From Eledone cirrhosa (taxonomy: Eukaryota), in the NCBI GenBank assembly GCA_964016885.1, contig OZ024746.1, positions 13,888,001-13,952,000 of the forward strand: a stretch of DNA of 64,000 bases, in the 5' to 3' direction. The position numbers were made by a program, and so were the translations under genes. The notes beneath the pieces were generated by a model. The model did no database searches, had not been told where the DNA came from, and was given only the letters and a program-made list of their open reading frames with translations. Positions 1 to 14,792 of the stretch are shown piece by piece. Numbering within the stretch: position 1 is the stretch's first letter; each line of letters starts with the position of its first letter.

Positions 1-144
1 TATCTGGTTGTGGAACCAACCAACCAACCAGAAATTTATAAATTTCTAGATTTGTAAATTTATAAATTTATAAATATATAATAAATTGAAGTGAAAGCAA
101 CTGGTGCGTGTGTTTCTTATTGGCAACATGACCCTCCCAAAGTA

Positions 145-1220
<1,076 letters not shown>

Positions 1221-1257
1221 AAATATAAGAATCAAAGAACTGTTCAAAACATTATTG

Positions 1258-1304
1258 TGCTTACAGCTGTTTCCTCCAAACCGAGGTTTGGATTCTTCGG
1301 AGCA
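1258..1304 (-). ncRNA. Minimal type I hammerhead ribozyme fold (core variant CCGAAGA)
   Basis: Minus strand: tgct-CCGAAGA-a tccaaac ctcg gtttgga g-GAAA-C AGCT G-TA-agca. Stem I tgct/agca, 7-bp stem II, palindromic stem III CAGCTG, GUA site. U4 is C. Confidence 0.72.
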
Positions 1305-1419
1305 ATTTATTAATGCATGGACAGTTATATGACCTCCTTTTCAGCCGAGAGACATACCAATACATATTCAAACATTGATACATATTCAAACATTGTGGGT
1401 CAACATTCATTACAAAACG

Positions 1420-1451
<32 letters not shown>

Positions 1452-1484
1452 GTTAAAAGAATAGAGGTGTAACACACAAGTTAT

Positions 1485-1722
1485 TATATATTGGTAAACG
1501 GAATAGAAAATGCTGACAAATTGTTCACAGTTGAAAAATGGTTTAATTAGGAATAAAAGAGTATTAGTGATTGTATGGGTTAGTATTCAGTTGTGGTTTT
1601 AAGTTTTTAAAAACTTAAAACCACAACTGAATACTAACCCATACAATCACTAATACTCTTTTATTCCTAATTAAACCATTTTTCAACTGTGAACAATTTG
1701 TCAGCATTTTCTATTCCGTTTA

Positions 1723-1732
<10 letters not shown>
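1485..1732. repeat. Spacerless palindrome of ~248 bp between (TA)n tracts
   Basis: Arms read as reverse complements around the centre 1608/1609 (aagttttt|aaaaactt). Confidence 0.92.
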
Positions 1733-1771
<39 letters not shown>

Positions 1772-1945
1772 CTTTCTAATATTGTCTTTTAATGCTCTGC
1801 TACACGAACTACCCTTAGCAACAGATATTTTAACTGTCGATAATGTACTCTTGATGAACTAAGGACTGTAATGTACATAGAGCTTCTCTCATCTTACCAA
1901 AGAAAATAGTGCCGTGCTACATTATAATCACACACACGCACACAC

Positions 1946-1974
<29 letters not shown>

Positions 1975-1979
<5 letters not shown>

Positions 1980-2028
1980 CTTTACACACTCCTCACTGTG
2001 TAACACATTTCTCTTTGTGTAATATATA

Positions 2029-2090
<62 letters not shown>

Positions 2091-2144
2091 TATATATTAC
2101 ACAAAGAGAAATGTGTTACACAGTGAGGAGTGTGTAAAGAATTA
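1975..2144. repeat. Inverted repeat (~56-bp unique arms) centred on a (TA)n tract
   Basis: taattctttacacactcctcactgtg...(TA)n...cacagtgaggagtgtgtaaagaatta. Confidence 0.92.
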
Positions 2145-2230
2145 TTACAAGTGATTTTACCGTTACTGTATAGGGAACAATATCTACAGGTAAGCAATTA
2201 AATAGAAAAAAACCAGATCAGAATCAAATC

Positions 2231-2328
2231 TTTTCTTCTTCTTCTTCTTCTTCTTCTTCTTCTTCTTCTTCTTCTTCTTCTTCTTCTTTTTTTTTCTTCT
2301 TTTTCTTCTTCTTTTTCTTCTTCTTCTT
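2231..2328. repeat. (TTC)n microsatellite
   Basis: Seen directly. Confidence 0.9.
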
Positions 2329-2815
2329 GTGTAATCAATATGTTTGACCTCATCAATATCTTTTCAGTCATTGATCATTGGGTTATTTGTAAATAGTCGT
2401 TAAAACTATCGTCTTGTCTTTTGTCTCTTGTGCATTTAAGCCAGTTGTATTGATCTTAAAGCACTGAATGAACGTATCTCTAGCGGTCGTCTGATGAGAT
2501 GGGACTGTTTGTATTCATCCATTTTCCTGTCCTAGTCCATATTTTTTTTTATTCTTATATATATAAACAAAGGGAGTATATTTGGAACGCGGCGAGTGAA
2601 GATTTGAATTTGAAATACAAATAGAATGAAACTGAACAACATTAATGCAAATATCTAGCTTATATAAAGGACTAACTTCTTTACCATTCAACAAATAACA
2701 ATATTTTAATGCACCAATTAAATTATTGGCATTGCTCAAGCTCCCTTTTCTTGTCTTGTAATGATTTTGCCTCAATCTGTTTACATTTTCTAAAAGCTAC
2801 ACATTATATATACAG

Positions 2816-2960
2816 ATGCATAGAGTTACGGCCCTTGCCATTCTGAGTTCAAATCCCGCCGGGGTTAACTTTGCCTTTCATTCTTACGGGGTCGATAAAA
2901 TAAAGTACCAGTAATGCACTGGGTAATTGCTGGCCTTGTGCCAAAAGTAGAAACAATTAT
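2816..2960 (+). mobile_element. SINE family A, 5'-truncated copy
   Basis: B-box gagttcaaatccc plus the core ggttaactttgcctttcatt...ggggtcgataaaataaagtaccag...agtagaaacaatt shared with many copies in the window. Confidence 0.88.
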
Positions 2961-3880
2961 ATATACTGAGGTGGTACTGTGTGACATATATTCGTTCTTT
3001 TCTCGGTAATCGAAATTGATATTACAGAATCAGCTCATCAATAGCTTACCAGTTAATTTCCAGTGACTACTACGAAATAAATAAGATATTGATCGATTTA
3101 ATATAATATCCGTGACGTTATGTTCTAGTTTGGGTTTTGAAAGTATTACCTTTCCTTTCCTCCACCAATATCTTTGGAAAAGTACGAATGTTAAAACATT
3201 GAAATTTCCTTCACTTAAAAATGTTAACCTTTCATGTTCACGGTTCACGTAAGAAATCAATGATATTTCGATTAACTCGTGATTTGGGAAAACGTAAAGC
3301 GTTTAAGTTTGAAAGTTGTAATATTATTGGATCCCGTGTTATGCTCCAAAAATAAACGTAATGTTGGTCTTACTTGTTTTACGAAAGCCTTTATATATTA
3401 CGCAAACTAGTGCAAACTAGTTCGAAGTTGAGCAAATGTAACACCATATTAAGCAGTCTAATCTATTTCTAGCTACTAGAAACATTCAACAAGCAATTAG
3501 AGTTGCGTTCAACGAACCATCTTTCACGCTTCATACATTATTTTATGCCTTAGAATATTTTTAATTGTCCTATTTTTACAAAAATAATAACAAACGGTCA
3601 ATTTTTATCTAGCAATTGCCAGAAATCAACCAAGCATTATCATTGTTATTTATTTTCTCATTCTTTGATGGTTATTTTTTTATATTTTGTATTTTTCCGA
3701 GATTAGTTTTACAAAAGCAAACCACAAAACTAGAGTAATTGTGGAAAAACAAAACAACAATAGATAATAAAACAATCTCCAAATAACCTATATTATGTAT
3801 GTATGTATGTATGTATGTATGTATGTATGTATGTATGTATGTATGTATGTATGTATGTATGTATGTATGTATGTATGTAT

Positions 3881-4338
3881 GTCAAAGGGCAAAGGAGCTC
3901 TTAAGAGTCAATGGCCATCCAAAATCATCGGGAGAGATGACCCCTTAGCCTTTGTCAAGGCAGAATTCTAGGAGAAGGAAAACTCTGATATAACACCTGC
4001 AACCCTGATGGTATCCAATGATGTTGACTTGTTCTTCTTTTTGGTAAATATCATCTTGGTTAAGAGAGTGGGACTGGCTTTGTGCAGTGCCTTTGCTCAC
4101 TATAAAAGCTTCACGACACAGGCATTGCTTTATATCTGGAGATCTCTCTGCACTTGTCGTCACATGGTACCATGGGCCTAGCACTATGTGTCAATAATTG
4201 TCACAAGTGTAGTGTTTGTACCAGAGTTTTCAAGTCGCTGGCTGGACTAAAAGGTCACACTCATTTAGCGCATCGGTAGGACTTCTACATGGATATAAAG
4301 TAGTGGCCGTACTCGAAAACGAGTTGGCAGCCACCATG
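3881..4338 (+). mobile_element. Non-autonomous RTE-like element, tandem unit 1 (5'-truncated), flanked by (TATG)n
   Basis: Near-identical to 5059-5518 and 5732-6192; carries ctaggagaaggaaaactctgat, which I recognise from RTE 5' regions; ends gcagccaccatg(tatg)n. Confidence 0.75.
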
Positions 4339-4346
4339 TATGTATG

Positions 4347-4414
<68 letters not shown>

Positions 4415-4906
4415 GTATAAAGTACCAGTAATGCACTGGGTAATTTCTGGCCTTGTGCTTAACGTAGAAACAATTATTATTATTATTGTTATTATTATGT
4501 TTTTCTTTTTTTTTTTCGCGTGGAATGGCCATACTCGATGACGAGGGTGCAGCCATCATCATGTATGTATGTTCTGGTTTTATAATTTCACAAATTTTTC
4601 CCAATAGAGAGAGAGTCGGTTTCTAACATAGACACAAGACTCTCTCATTGGAATTTACACAGCATCAACTAGGTAGATTAAGTATGCATGCCTGCATGCC
4701 TGCATTGTAGATATGGATGTTATTGTATGTGTATGTTGTGAGTTGTATGTGTGCATGTGTATATGCTTTGTATCTGTACATGTGTATATACAGTTATTAG
4801 ATGCAAAATTTTTGGAATGTTTTACATATTTTTACTGTTCCATTAATGGATTGTAATGTATGTATGCATGTATGTATATATGTGTGTGTGTATGTATGTA
4901 TGTATG

Positions 4907-4934
<28 letters not shown>

Positions 4935-4937
<3 letters not shown>

Positions 4938-5518
4938 CATGTATCCCAGTACAACCTGTCCCATGGTCGGGTCGTTGGCGACTAAACTGGCAACCCCACC
5001 AAGGTTTCTTGGTGAGGAGGGTGACTTTGGACATCCTGCAGGACTAAAAACAAAACCTGTCAAAGGGCAAAGGAGCTCTTAAGAGTCAATGGCCATCCAA
5101 AATCACCGGGAGAGATGACCCCTTAGCCTTTGTCAAGGCAGAATTCTAGGAGAAGGAAAACTCTGATATAACACCTGCAACCCTGATGGTATCCAATGAT
5201 GTTGACTTGTTCTTCTTTTTGGTAAATATCATCTTGGTTAAGAGAGTGGGACTGGCTTTGTGCAGTGCCTTTGCTCACTATAAAAGCTTCACGGCACAGG
5301 CATTGCTTTATATCTGGAGATCTCTCTGCACTTGTCGTCACATGGTACCATGGGCCCAGCCCTATGTGTCAGTAATTGTCACAAGTGTAGTGTTTGTACC
5401 AGAGTTTTCAAGTCGCTGGCTGGACTAAAAAGTCACACTCGTTCGGCGCATCGGTAGGGGTTCTCCTACATGGATATAAGGTAGTGGCCGTACTCGAAAA
5501 CGAGTTGGCAGCCACCAT
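4935..5518 (+). mobile_element. Non-autonomous RTE-like element, tandem unit 2
   Basis: Direct repeat of unit 3 at a 673-bp period, bounded by (TATG)n. Confidence 0.78.
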
Positions 5519-5592
5519 GTATATATATGTGTGTATGTATGTATATATATATGTGTATGTATGTATGTGTGTATATTTATGTATGTATGTAT

Positions 5593-6192
5593 GGTTGGTG
5601 CTACTGGTAACATGTATCCCAGTACAACCTGTCTCATGGTCGGGTCATTGGTGACTAAACTGGCAACCCCACCAAGGTTTCTCGGTGAGGAGGGTGACTT
5701 TGGACATCCTGCAGGACTAAAAACAAAACCTGTCAAAGGGCAAAGGAGCTCTTAAGAGTCAATGGCAATCCAAAATCACCGGGAGAGATGACCCCTTAGC
5801 CTTTGTCAAGGCAGAATTCTAGGAGAAGGAAAACTCTGATATAACACCTGCAACCCTGATGGTATCCAATGATGTTGACTTGTTCTTCTTTTTGGTAAAT
5901 ATCATCTTGGTTAAGAGAGTGGGACTGGCTTTGTGCAGTGCCTTTGCTCACTATAAAAGCTTCATGGCACAGGCATTGCTTTATATCTGGAGATCTCTCT
6001 GCACTTGTCGTCACATGGTACCATGGGCCCAGCACTATGTGTCAATAATTGTCACATGTGTAGTGTTTGTACCAAAGTTTTCAAGTAGCTGGCCGGACTG
6101 AAAAGTCACACTCGTTCAGCGCATCGGTAGGGGTCCTCCTACATGGATATAAAGTAGTGGCCGTACTCGAAAACGAGTTGGCAGCCACCATG
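5593..6192 (+). mobile_element. Non-autonomous RTE-like element, tandem unit 3
   Basis: As unit 2, with the longest 5' end and a (TATG)n tail. Confidence 0.78.
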
Positions 6193-6222
6193 TATGTATG
6201 TATGTATGTATGTATGTTTGTA

Positions 6223-6253
<31 letters not shown>

Positions 6254-6506
6254 AGATAGATAGATAGATAGGGTGAGAGAGAGAAAGAGAAAGAGTGAGA
6301 ATGAGAAAACGTACTTTAATTTACGCCAAATGTATAATATTTCGGAAAAATTGGCGAGACGTCGGCAAAAATGTGAGACAAAAGTTAAAAAGATATTGAA
6401 TAAATTATTTGATAATCTGAAATACTTCATATTTAAGCTGGACATGTGTGTACATAAATATGTAACTATGTACGTATTTAGCTACGTGTATACTTGTGAT
6501 ATAAGT

Positions 6507-6605
<99 letters not shown>

Positions 6606-6621
6606 CGCATACTCACACACT

Positions 6622-6660
<39 letters not shown>

Positions 6661-6769
6661 GGATATATATAGTAAAAGGTTGAGTTGATGAGTTTCTAAA
6701 AAAGAAAATTTAGACTCAATAACAAAAAAAATGAGGAGTTTGAGAAGCTCTTCCCTAAACTACTCATAA

Positions 6770-6950
6770 AGCTCAGAAAAAAACCCACAGAGGGATTCCC
6801 AAACGATATAGGGGTTTCCGACAAGAAGTCACTAAAATACTTTTCAGGAAGTACTTCTCAACTCCCGAAAGGACCGCTTCAACCGTCTTCTCACAGGTGC
6901 AAGGAACGTGGTCTCTTTCCCTTACAACTTCATGATAAACATAGTCTTTT
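6770..6950 (+). pseudogene. Possible highly degenerate LINE RT remnant
   Basis: RGIPKRY and TGARNVVSFPYNFMINI loosely resemble the GIP and GVRQG..LSP.LF RT motifs; weak. Confidence 0.3.
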
Positions 6951-7719
6951 TATGAATGGGCTGTATACCTAAACTGGCCTAGGATCTCCTTGGGAGCAAG
7001 TTCCCTTGCTTGATGACCTCAGTGGACGTGGGAATCTTCTTAATTTTTAAATACACTGGGCTCCAGTACGAACAATGTGTGGCTGACAGAGATGTAGTGA
7101 GTTCTCAAGCTTGACCTAAACAGTGGGTTCTTACCTGTGTGTGGGTGGAAACCCTAAAAGTTTTCGTACGTATCTTTTAAAAACAACACCATGTTTTATT
7201 TATAGTTATCTAGTTATTATATTATTTTTATATACATGTTAAAAATGTGTATAATATTCCTGACACATCCCCTTCAATTTTCTATAATCTTGTTTTGTTC
7301 ATTCCCACAGGTTTATCTACAACACCCCTAGCTTCTAACGTTTCATCTAATTATATGAATGAATGATGATGAGTGTAATTGCTCTTAATGGCTAAATAAA
7401 GGAAATCTTCTTCTTCTTCTTCTTCTTCTTTACGGTTCAATAAATACACCAAGTGTCATCTTTCTTACATCAACAGAATTTGGTACGCTCTCGATAACAT
7501 AAATACAAATGTTGAAGACAGACGAATTCTGTGTGAGAAAGCCTTAAAAATATTTATAGATCCTTGTGTTACTACTTTCTGGGATGTGTCTATATTTATC
7601 TTTGTAGGTAATCTGTCAATGCCTTTGTAGGAGTAGTTGTGTATTAATATGGTTGGAACAATTAGAAGATACACACTTTTACTGCCATAATGTTTGAAAT
7701 TCAACAGCCAGCTCGGTTC

Positions 7720-7975
7720 GTACAGTCACCTCTCCTGTTCATAATCTTTATGAACTTGATTGACATTTGCAGCTGGGTTGGAAGTGGTATTACGACTGGC
7801 GGGTGTAAAATCAGCCGGCTGGAATTTGCAGACGACATAGTATTACTTAATTCGTCAGAAAATGATCTTCAACTTGCACTTGAAAGGTTTGATGCCGAGA
7901 GCTGCGCGGCTGGAATGAAAACCAGTGCTGCAAAAATTGAGTCACTCGTCCTCTCAAAGAAGCCTGCACAGTACA
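7720..7975 (+). pseudogene. Non-LTR reverse transcriptase fragment (RTE-like)
   Basis: ORF 7690-8025 contains SPLLFIIFM...ISRLEFADDIVLL...LQLAL...GMK...K, i.e. RT motifs 4-6 with FADD. Confidence 0.9.
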
Positions 7976-8499
7976 CTCAGAGAGGGCTATTATTATTTAC
8001 ATTTCAACAAATTTGCTGGAGGTAGCACTTATTTTGGTCGGGAAGGGCAAGACGTGGTTACAATGGCTAAAGAGGGTTGTGTGGAAGACAAGTTTCAAAC
8101 TAGTGGTCTTACGCCTGAAGTGCAAATCATTATTTATGGTTCTATAAATACACTAAGTGCTATCTTTTATATATCAATAGAATTTGGTATATTTACGAAA
8201 GCATAATTAGATGTCGAATTTCTTAGGTGTAGGAAAGCCTGAAAAATCTTCCCTCTGAATTGATTAGGAATTGACAATCTTCCTTTCACTTCTGACATAA
8301 ATCTTGTTACAAATCGTATGAAATTTTTCTCATACATCATCTCCCCCCCCCCCCCCCCCATCTACAATATACAAAGTACTCACAACGCACCTCACTGGCT
8401 TTCACATTTCTCTTTCAACAAGAGCCATTCTATATCACATCTTTACTTAATACACTTCCTCATTAGCAATGTTTGAATCTAAGCTACAGGACTTCTAAG

Positions 8500-8583
<84 letters not shown>

Positions 8584-9587
8584 AAGGACAAGTCTCCAAC
8601 GTTAGACTTCCCATCTGCCTACACAGACCTTCACTACTTTCCTAAGACTCTACAGTTTTACTACGTGACAGTTAAGTGTCTTTCTAAGGAAAACAACGCA
8701 ACTTTGAGCTGTCAACCGTTTGTCCATTAAGCTATCAACCTAACAAACCAGATTTTTATTTCAAGCTCATATATTTAGTGGTGTGTGAAATGACAAGCAA
8801 TGTCTGAAATCAAATATCCCACTGATAATTCGATGTCATTGATTACTTCACAAATCGTTTTTTTTCATATTTTAAAATTCTATACGGTTTACAGAAAGCA
8901 GTATTGATTGTAACGACTTTGTTATATCATTGAAATCCCTTTTATTGAATCTGGGAATCAAATGCGTACTCGAAAGGTCTTGAACTATACGAATATGTAT
9001 CAGAACTAAATGCAGCTCAAACTGAACTAAATATGGTTTCGTTTTTTGTTGTTAACAAAAGATAAGTGAACAAATTACTGAAGTAAATAGAACTTAACGA
9101 ATTAGTTGAATTGTTTAAACTACCATTGTTCTCTCGCCAAATCCACTGATATCGTTCTTTAGTCAATGATCTGATATATTTCCAGTTTACACAGCAATAA
9201 TCACATCAGATTTAACGGGAGGTGAAGGTGACTGAAACAGTAGTTCTATTCATCTTCACTTTGAATTTAGCTCCTGCTGGAGAATATCAAATAAGTATAA
9301 TTAATGTACAGACTTTGATTTAATCGATTATATCTCATAAACTGTGACATTGAGACTTGTAAAAGAAATCATGAGCTTAAATATACATAGATACACACAC
9401 ATAACACATATACAAAAACACACACACATACATGTTTATATATATTTATATATATGTATATATATATATGTATTATACATATATACATACATACATATAT
9501 ACATATATATATACATACATATATACATACATATATATATACACATATATATACATACATATATTTATACATACATACATACACATT

Positions 9588-9641
<54 letters not shown>

Positions 9642-9908
9642 CACATATACACGTCATATATACATCATATATACATATATATAATACATATATATAAATA
9701 CATATGCATATATATATAGATATATCACTTGTTGGTTGAATATAATGTTATACACCCACACAAACATGCACATATAAACATATGGTATAGAGATTCTAGA
9801 ATTCATTTAAAGCAAATATTGAGAAAAGACCTGAAAAATCGGGAGAGTAGTGTCAAGTATAAGACAGGGTGTAACAGATGTTTTCAATGTGCAACAAAAT
9901 ATAACTAA

Positions 9909-10052
9909 GCCATATCAAGTGGACAACAGTTATGTACCGAAGATATATCAAGTGTATTAGAGTTATGTAATAAAGGCATATCAAGTATATTACAGTTATG
10001 TACCAAAGATATAGCAAGTACACGACAGTTATATAACAAAGGCATATCAAGT
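9909..10052. repeat. Degenerate 33-bp minisatellite, ~4.3 copies
   Basis: (c/t)atatcaagt recurs at 9911, 9944, 9977, 10010 and 10043. Confidence 0.8.
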
Positions 10053-11540
10053 TGCTGTTTAGTTACAAGTCGGGCATCATCAAGCATACCTTCTTCTTCT
10101 TCTTCTTCTTCTTCTTCTTCTTCTTCTTCTTCTTCTTCTACGTCAAACGTGAATCTGACGAGTTGGAGATTGGGAATCACAAAGCGAAGTTATTTCAACA
10201 AAGAGTCGAAACTGGCCAGCTCAATTTGTTTAAAACTTATATTAAACCACAGCTTTTAAATACATATATACATAAATATAAACTGTATTTATTAGATAGG
10301 ATTGTGGTGTATGGGTGTTATCGCAACAGTCTTGTAGGAAATTACCAATTCAATGGCAATAATTAGAAACGGATTTTCTGTTGAACAGTAAGGCGGGTTT
10401 CAGACATGAATTATACAAGAATGACTAACGAACTGGAATGTTATATTGGTGAGTAAATAGTATTGATTTTTAGAATATCTTTAAACGGCTATAGTTGGAC
10501 TGCTAAAACCAATCAACTTGTTTTACTGATTAATAATGTAAAGACAACAAAGAAAATTAATTGTTTGGCAAAATTATACTGACGATGAAAGAGATATTGT
10601 GCAAGAGTGCAAGAAGTGGTAGTTTATTTTGCTAAGAGAGGCAATCCAAAATACCTCTAATAAAAACAGTTATGGTCAGAGTAAGGTAAAAACGAATCAC
10701 CTATTGTTTGCTAAATATTTGAGAGAAAGTAAAGTAGATATTTTCGAGAATGAGGTCAAACAGTAGGCAATCACATTAAAGGCCAGATCGATAACTTGAT
10801 TCACACACGCACACACAAACGCACACACACACGCACACACACATACACGCACCTCCCCTCCCCTAATACTTATGCAAGCATATACAGGAGAATAAGTATT
10901 TTTTTTCTACACATTTTCTACACAGGTAGAAATATCAAAAAAATTAAGTTGAAAAAGCACTTTGAGTTTGTAATATATATTTTTTTCATACCTGTTTAAC
11001 ATTTCATACCTGTTTAACAATATTCTATTCGTTTTACAATGGGTTTGTACCGCAAATAAAATAATATGAAGATATATAAGTCTGATAAAACAAGATATAA
11101 TTTTATTACAGCTTACTGCTTCACGATGAATAGATTTTGATGAATGTATTGTTTTCATGGTAACCAAACAAATAAGAATCCTACAGACGTTAGAGAATGT
11201 AATATTTTGATTTGTTACCTTTGAGATGTCATGTTTGAATTTAAATAGTAACTAAGTAACTTAAAATTGTTACAGCGTATACTGGTTCCTGCTGTTTTAG
11301 TCTTCTATAATATCCTCCTACGTTTCCATTCAATAGTGTTGTTATGTTTTAGTTTTTTAATGGTAGTTCTTAATAAACATTGTATTAATTTAATCAAAAT
11401 TATTCTGTAGTTTTGTCAGCACATCGATATAAGTAGAATATTTAGTATTTTGGGGATTTGTTTGTTGAACACAAACCTAGATGTCAGGTATCGGGGTCCC
11501 GTGTTTGTTGACGCGAACTGACATTATTTTTTAAAAAGTT

Positions 11541-11724
11541 GGCGGTGGATTGGCAGTATCGGTAGAGGGTCGGAGGCCATGCTTTGCAGCAAAGAATTAC
11601 GGCCCTTTATGGTCTGAGTTCAAATCCCGCCGAGGTTAACTTTGCCTTACGGGGTCGATAAAATAAAGTACCAGTAATACACTGGGATAATTGCTGGCCA
11701 TGTGTCAAAGTAGAAACAATTATT
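11541..11724 (+). mobile_element. SINE family A, near full length
   Basis: tRNA-like head ggcggtggattggcagtatcggtag (A box), gagttcaaatccc (B box), shared core and tail. Confidence 0.9.
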
Positions 11725-12353
11725 TAAAAAAAAAATCGTAGTTTGTCTTATCTGAAATTGTCTTTCAGGTTATAATTTTTGTTATTTTGTGTAAACTTGT
11801 GCCCTTAATTCTGAGAAATATTGAGTCTTTATGAAGAAGGGTTTGTTTCTTTTAATAGAATTGTTTTGCCATCCAAATATACCTGAAATAATATTGTATC
11901 TGAATCATCGATAATTATAAGTTTGAATGTTTGGTACGTATCTTACTGTTTGCGTGTAGCTTTAATATCCGTATTATATTCATTTAGGATATTTCAAAAT
12001 CACTGAACCAGTCATTAATCCCTCCCCATCGTTGTTTGAAAGTTGTGTTAGAGACGGACACATACAGAAATATGTCGAGATACGAGCTATCAAACTCACG
12101 GTTTCAGTTATATACTGTTAAACACACACACTCACACATCCGCACACACTGAACACCACATAAAAATGCAGGCAGTAAATAAGTATGGAATAAGCGCGTA
12201 CTGAATAGTATAAAATACTTTACAGTGATCCGATAAATATTTAAAATATTACACCATCAATCCTAATATTGCTTAGAAATGTCTGATCTGATATTCTCTA
12301 TAGGAAGAAAATGGATGTAATAATAAATTGAATATTTTAAATATTTAATCTTT

Positions 12354-12401
<48 letters not shown>

Positions 12402-12689
12402 TATATATATATACAGACACACATATATATAATATATATATATACATACACACAGAGTCACACACACATACATGCATACAAATACTGTTTTTACAGATTA
12501 TGCGGTTCATGGCAGTGGTAGTGGTCATGAACACATGTTATAGTGCTAGAAGCAAATATAACTAATAGTGGGCACAGAAAGGAGTGGTTAACAAGTTTGC
12601 TTCCTAATGTTGATGTTTCGGGTTCGATTTCACTGCGTGGCATCTTGGACAAGTGTCTTTACTTTACCAGAACTTTCGATTGATCTAAG

Positions 12690-12940
12690 TCTTCTTCTTC
12701 TTCTTCTTCCAGTGGGTCCTGTTAGAAACAACCATATCCAACTGATCCGGTTGCATCCCCAAGCGAGACCAGCCAAGCTCATGGATGTTATCCAACCATC
12801 TTGCTTGGAGTTCACCCCTGGATGTCCTGCCGCTTAGTTTTGACCGTAAAATCTGTCCAGGGATTCCTTCCCGAGACATTCTAACTACATGTCCGTAATA
12901 TCGGACCTCAGCCTTGTGAGAGAAATCTGGGCAATCAAAG
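12690..12940 (-). mobile_element. RTE LINE 3' fragment ending in (GAA)n
   Basis: Minus translation RYYGHVVRMSREGIPGQIL...GR..RG...RWLDNI, typical of the RTE ORF C-terminus, followed by a triplet tail. Confidence 0.82.
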
Positions 12941-12968
12941 GTCTTGCCTTGTCACATATTGTTTATGT

Positions 12969-13023
<55 letters not shown>

Positions 13024-14737
13024 CATACATGTCTGTGAATTACTCAATATTACTCAAGCATCTTCACGTTACTTCATGAAGCTGACGTTTACAAACAAAA
13101 GTTTTTTGATCGCCCATGTCAAAGATTAAATATTTAAAATATTCAAGCAAATTAAAACAGACAACGATTGAACAATTTACATTGCACGTTCACCTTACCC
13201 CGCGTGGTCTCTGATATCATATTGATATATTTTATGCTTCAAGAAGGTTTGCTTAAAAATCCAGAAGAAGGAATTTATATTAGTTGATTTTTTTATTACT
13301 TAGAACTGAAATCGCGTGGTGACATCACTTTCGAAAAGCGAGTACTTTATCATGGATGCCGGCATAGCTATGTGGTTAAGATGTTTTGAAGTTTCACTAT
13401 ATCTCTTCATAGACAAATCAACTTAGCTTTACTTCCCCCCCCAGAAGTCGGTAATATCGACAAAAACTGGCGAGAGCGTTTCACCAACAAAGCCACAGTC
13501 CAATGATGGAAATGAGTAAAAGTATAAATCATGGTGGTTACTAATTTATCTCTTAATCTCCAAACACATTTAAAATAGGCTGTGGTGTTCTTCAGATGTT
13601 AGTGAGGGAACATTTTGATGTGTTGATGCCACCGACTTTTAAATGAATGCATCCATGGAAACTAGTGATGTTTGGCATTGACAAAAAGTAATACTACTAT
13701 ACTTTACATAACTTTTTGCTGTGAAAATATCTCTACTTGTTAGTATTCTCTGAAAAGATCACGTAAGAGTGTTTTGAGATAGGTAAACAGCCGGTGATAG
13801 TCACAATCAGTATAAAATATAATACGTTTCTCTATACATTTGTCTTTTAGGGGGCAGAGCTCTTTATTTATGCAACTGCATGTTACTTTCTATCTCCGTT
13901 TGTATGCAATATTTTACATAGTAACTCTTAAAGGTATTTCATATGCTTTAAACATACCTATACGTCACATTTATTAATTTTTGTTTTTGTTGAACAGCTG
14001 GGAGAAATTATCGACGTTCGAGAAATATGTTCTGATCAGAAGGATGAGGCATTTTAGTTTGTCTTAGATGTTATGTTTTATGGATATTAGTTGTGCTTTT
14101 ATGTAGCTTTGATTTTCTATATTATTATTAGTTATTTTTGTTAGAATTTGTGATGTTGTCGTGTTTAGAGGAGTGTATGTATGTTTAGTCATGTTGAAAG
14201 AAATAAGAGAAGACGGCTGTCACACAGCACATATTTTAAAACGGATTTAAGAGGTACTTTTGCTTTGTTTGTATAAGCGCTTTGTTTTCGCCAGCAAACA
14301 TCCAAGCAAGTTTAGAAGTATTGGTGTATACATGAATGGATCATAACGTTATTATTTTCCCCTTGCAACAACATACTTATAAGTACAGTTTGCCAAGCCC
14401 AAGTGATTGCACAAATCCTTAGGGATGGATTTGAAATCTTGGTTAACATATACACACGTATAAGAGCCACTTCATATTTTTGGCATTGAGCTTTGCTATA
14501 AGTCAATATAAACCCACACATGCGCGCGTGTGTGTGTATGAGTATATATATATATAGTTATACTTTGGGAGGGTCATATTGTTGTAATAATATTGCCAGA
14601 AATAATAACAGAACACACTCACTGTTTGGCTGGTTTTCGCTTCTGTATCTTTTATATCTCCATAGTTAATTCATATGTCCATCAATGTTTATCACTGACT
14701 GAGAACGGTCAAAAATACAAAGATATAAATACATATA

Positions 14738-14792
14738 TATAGTCTAACAAAGTTCTTTCGTTGCACATCTGCAACATCATCAGTGGTACTAT
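14738..14792 (-). ncRNA. Hammerhead-like motif with intact core and imperfect stems I/III
   Basis: Minus: atagtacca-CTGATGA-t gttgca gatg tgcaac-GAAA-gaactttgt-TA-gactat; abuts a short TA run. Confidence 0.5.

Noticed and set aside
2485-2545. CTGATGA followed by a possible stem II
   Set aside because: No GAAA or stem III follows; at most a truncated 5' half.
10150-11260. Possible Penelope GIY-YIG remnants (CYIGE near 10440; KPQLLN near 10250); similar faint text at 32620-32830
   Set aside because: Only 4-5-residue resemblances in stop-riddled AT-rich sequence; needs an HMM search.
11541-11640. tRNA genes at A/B-box sites
   Set aside because: No cloverleaf; the boxes belong to multi-copy SINE heads.
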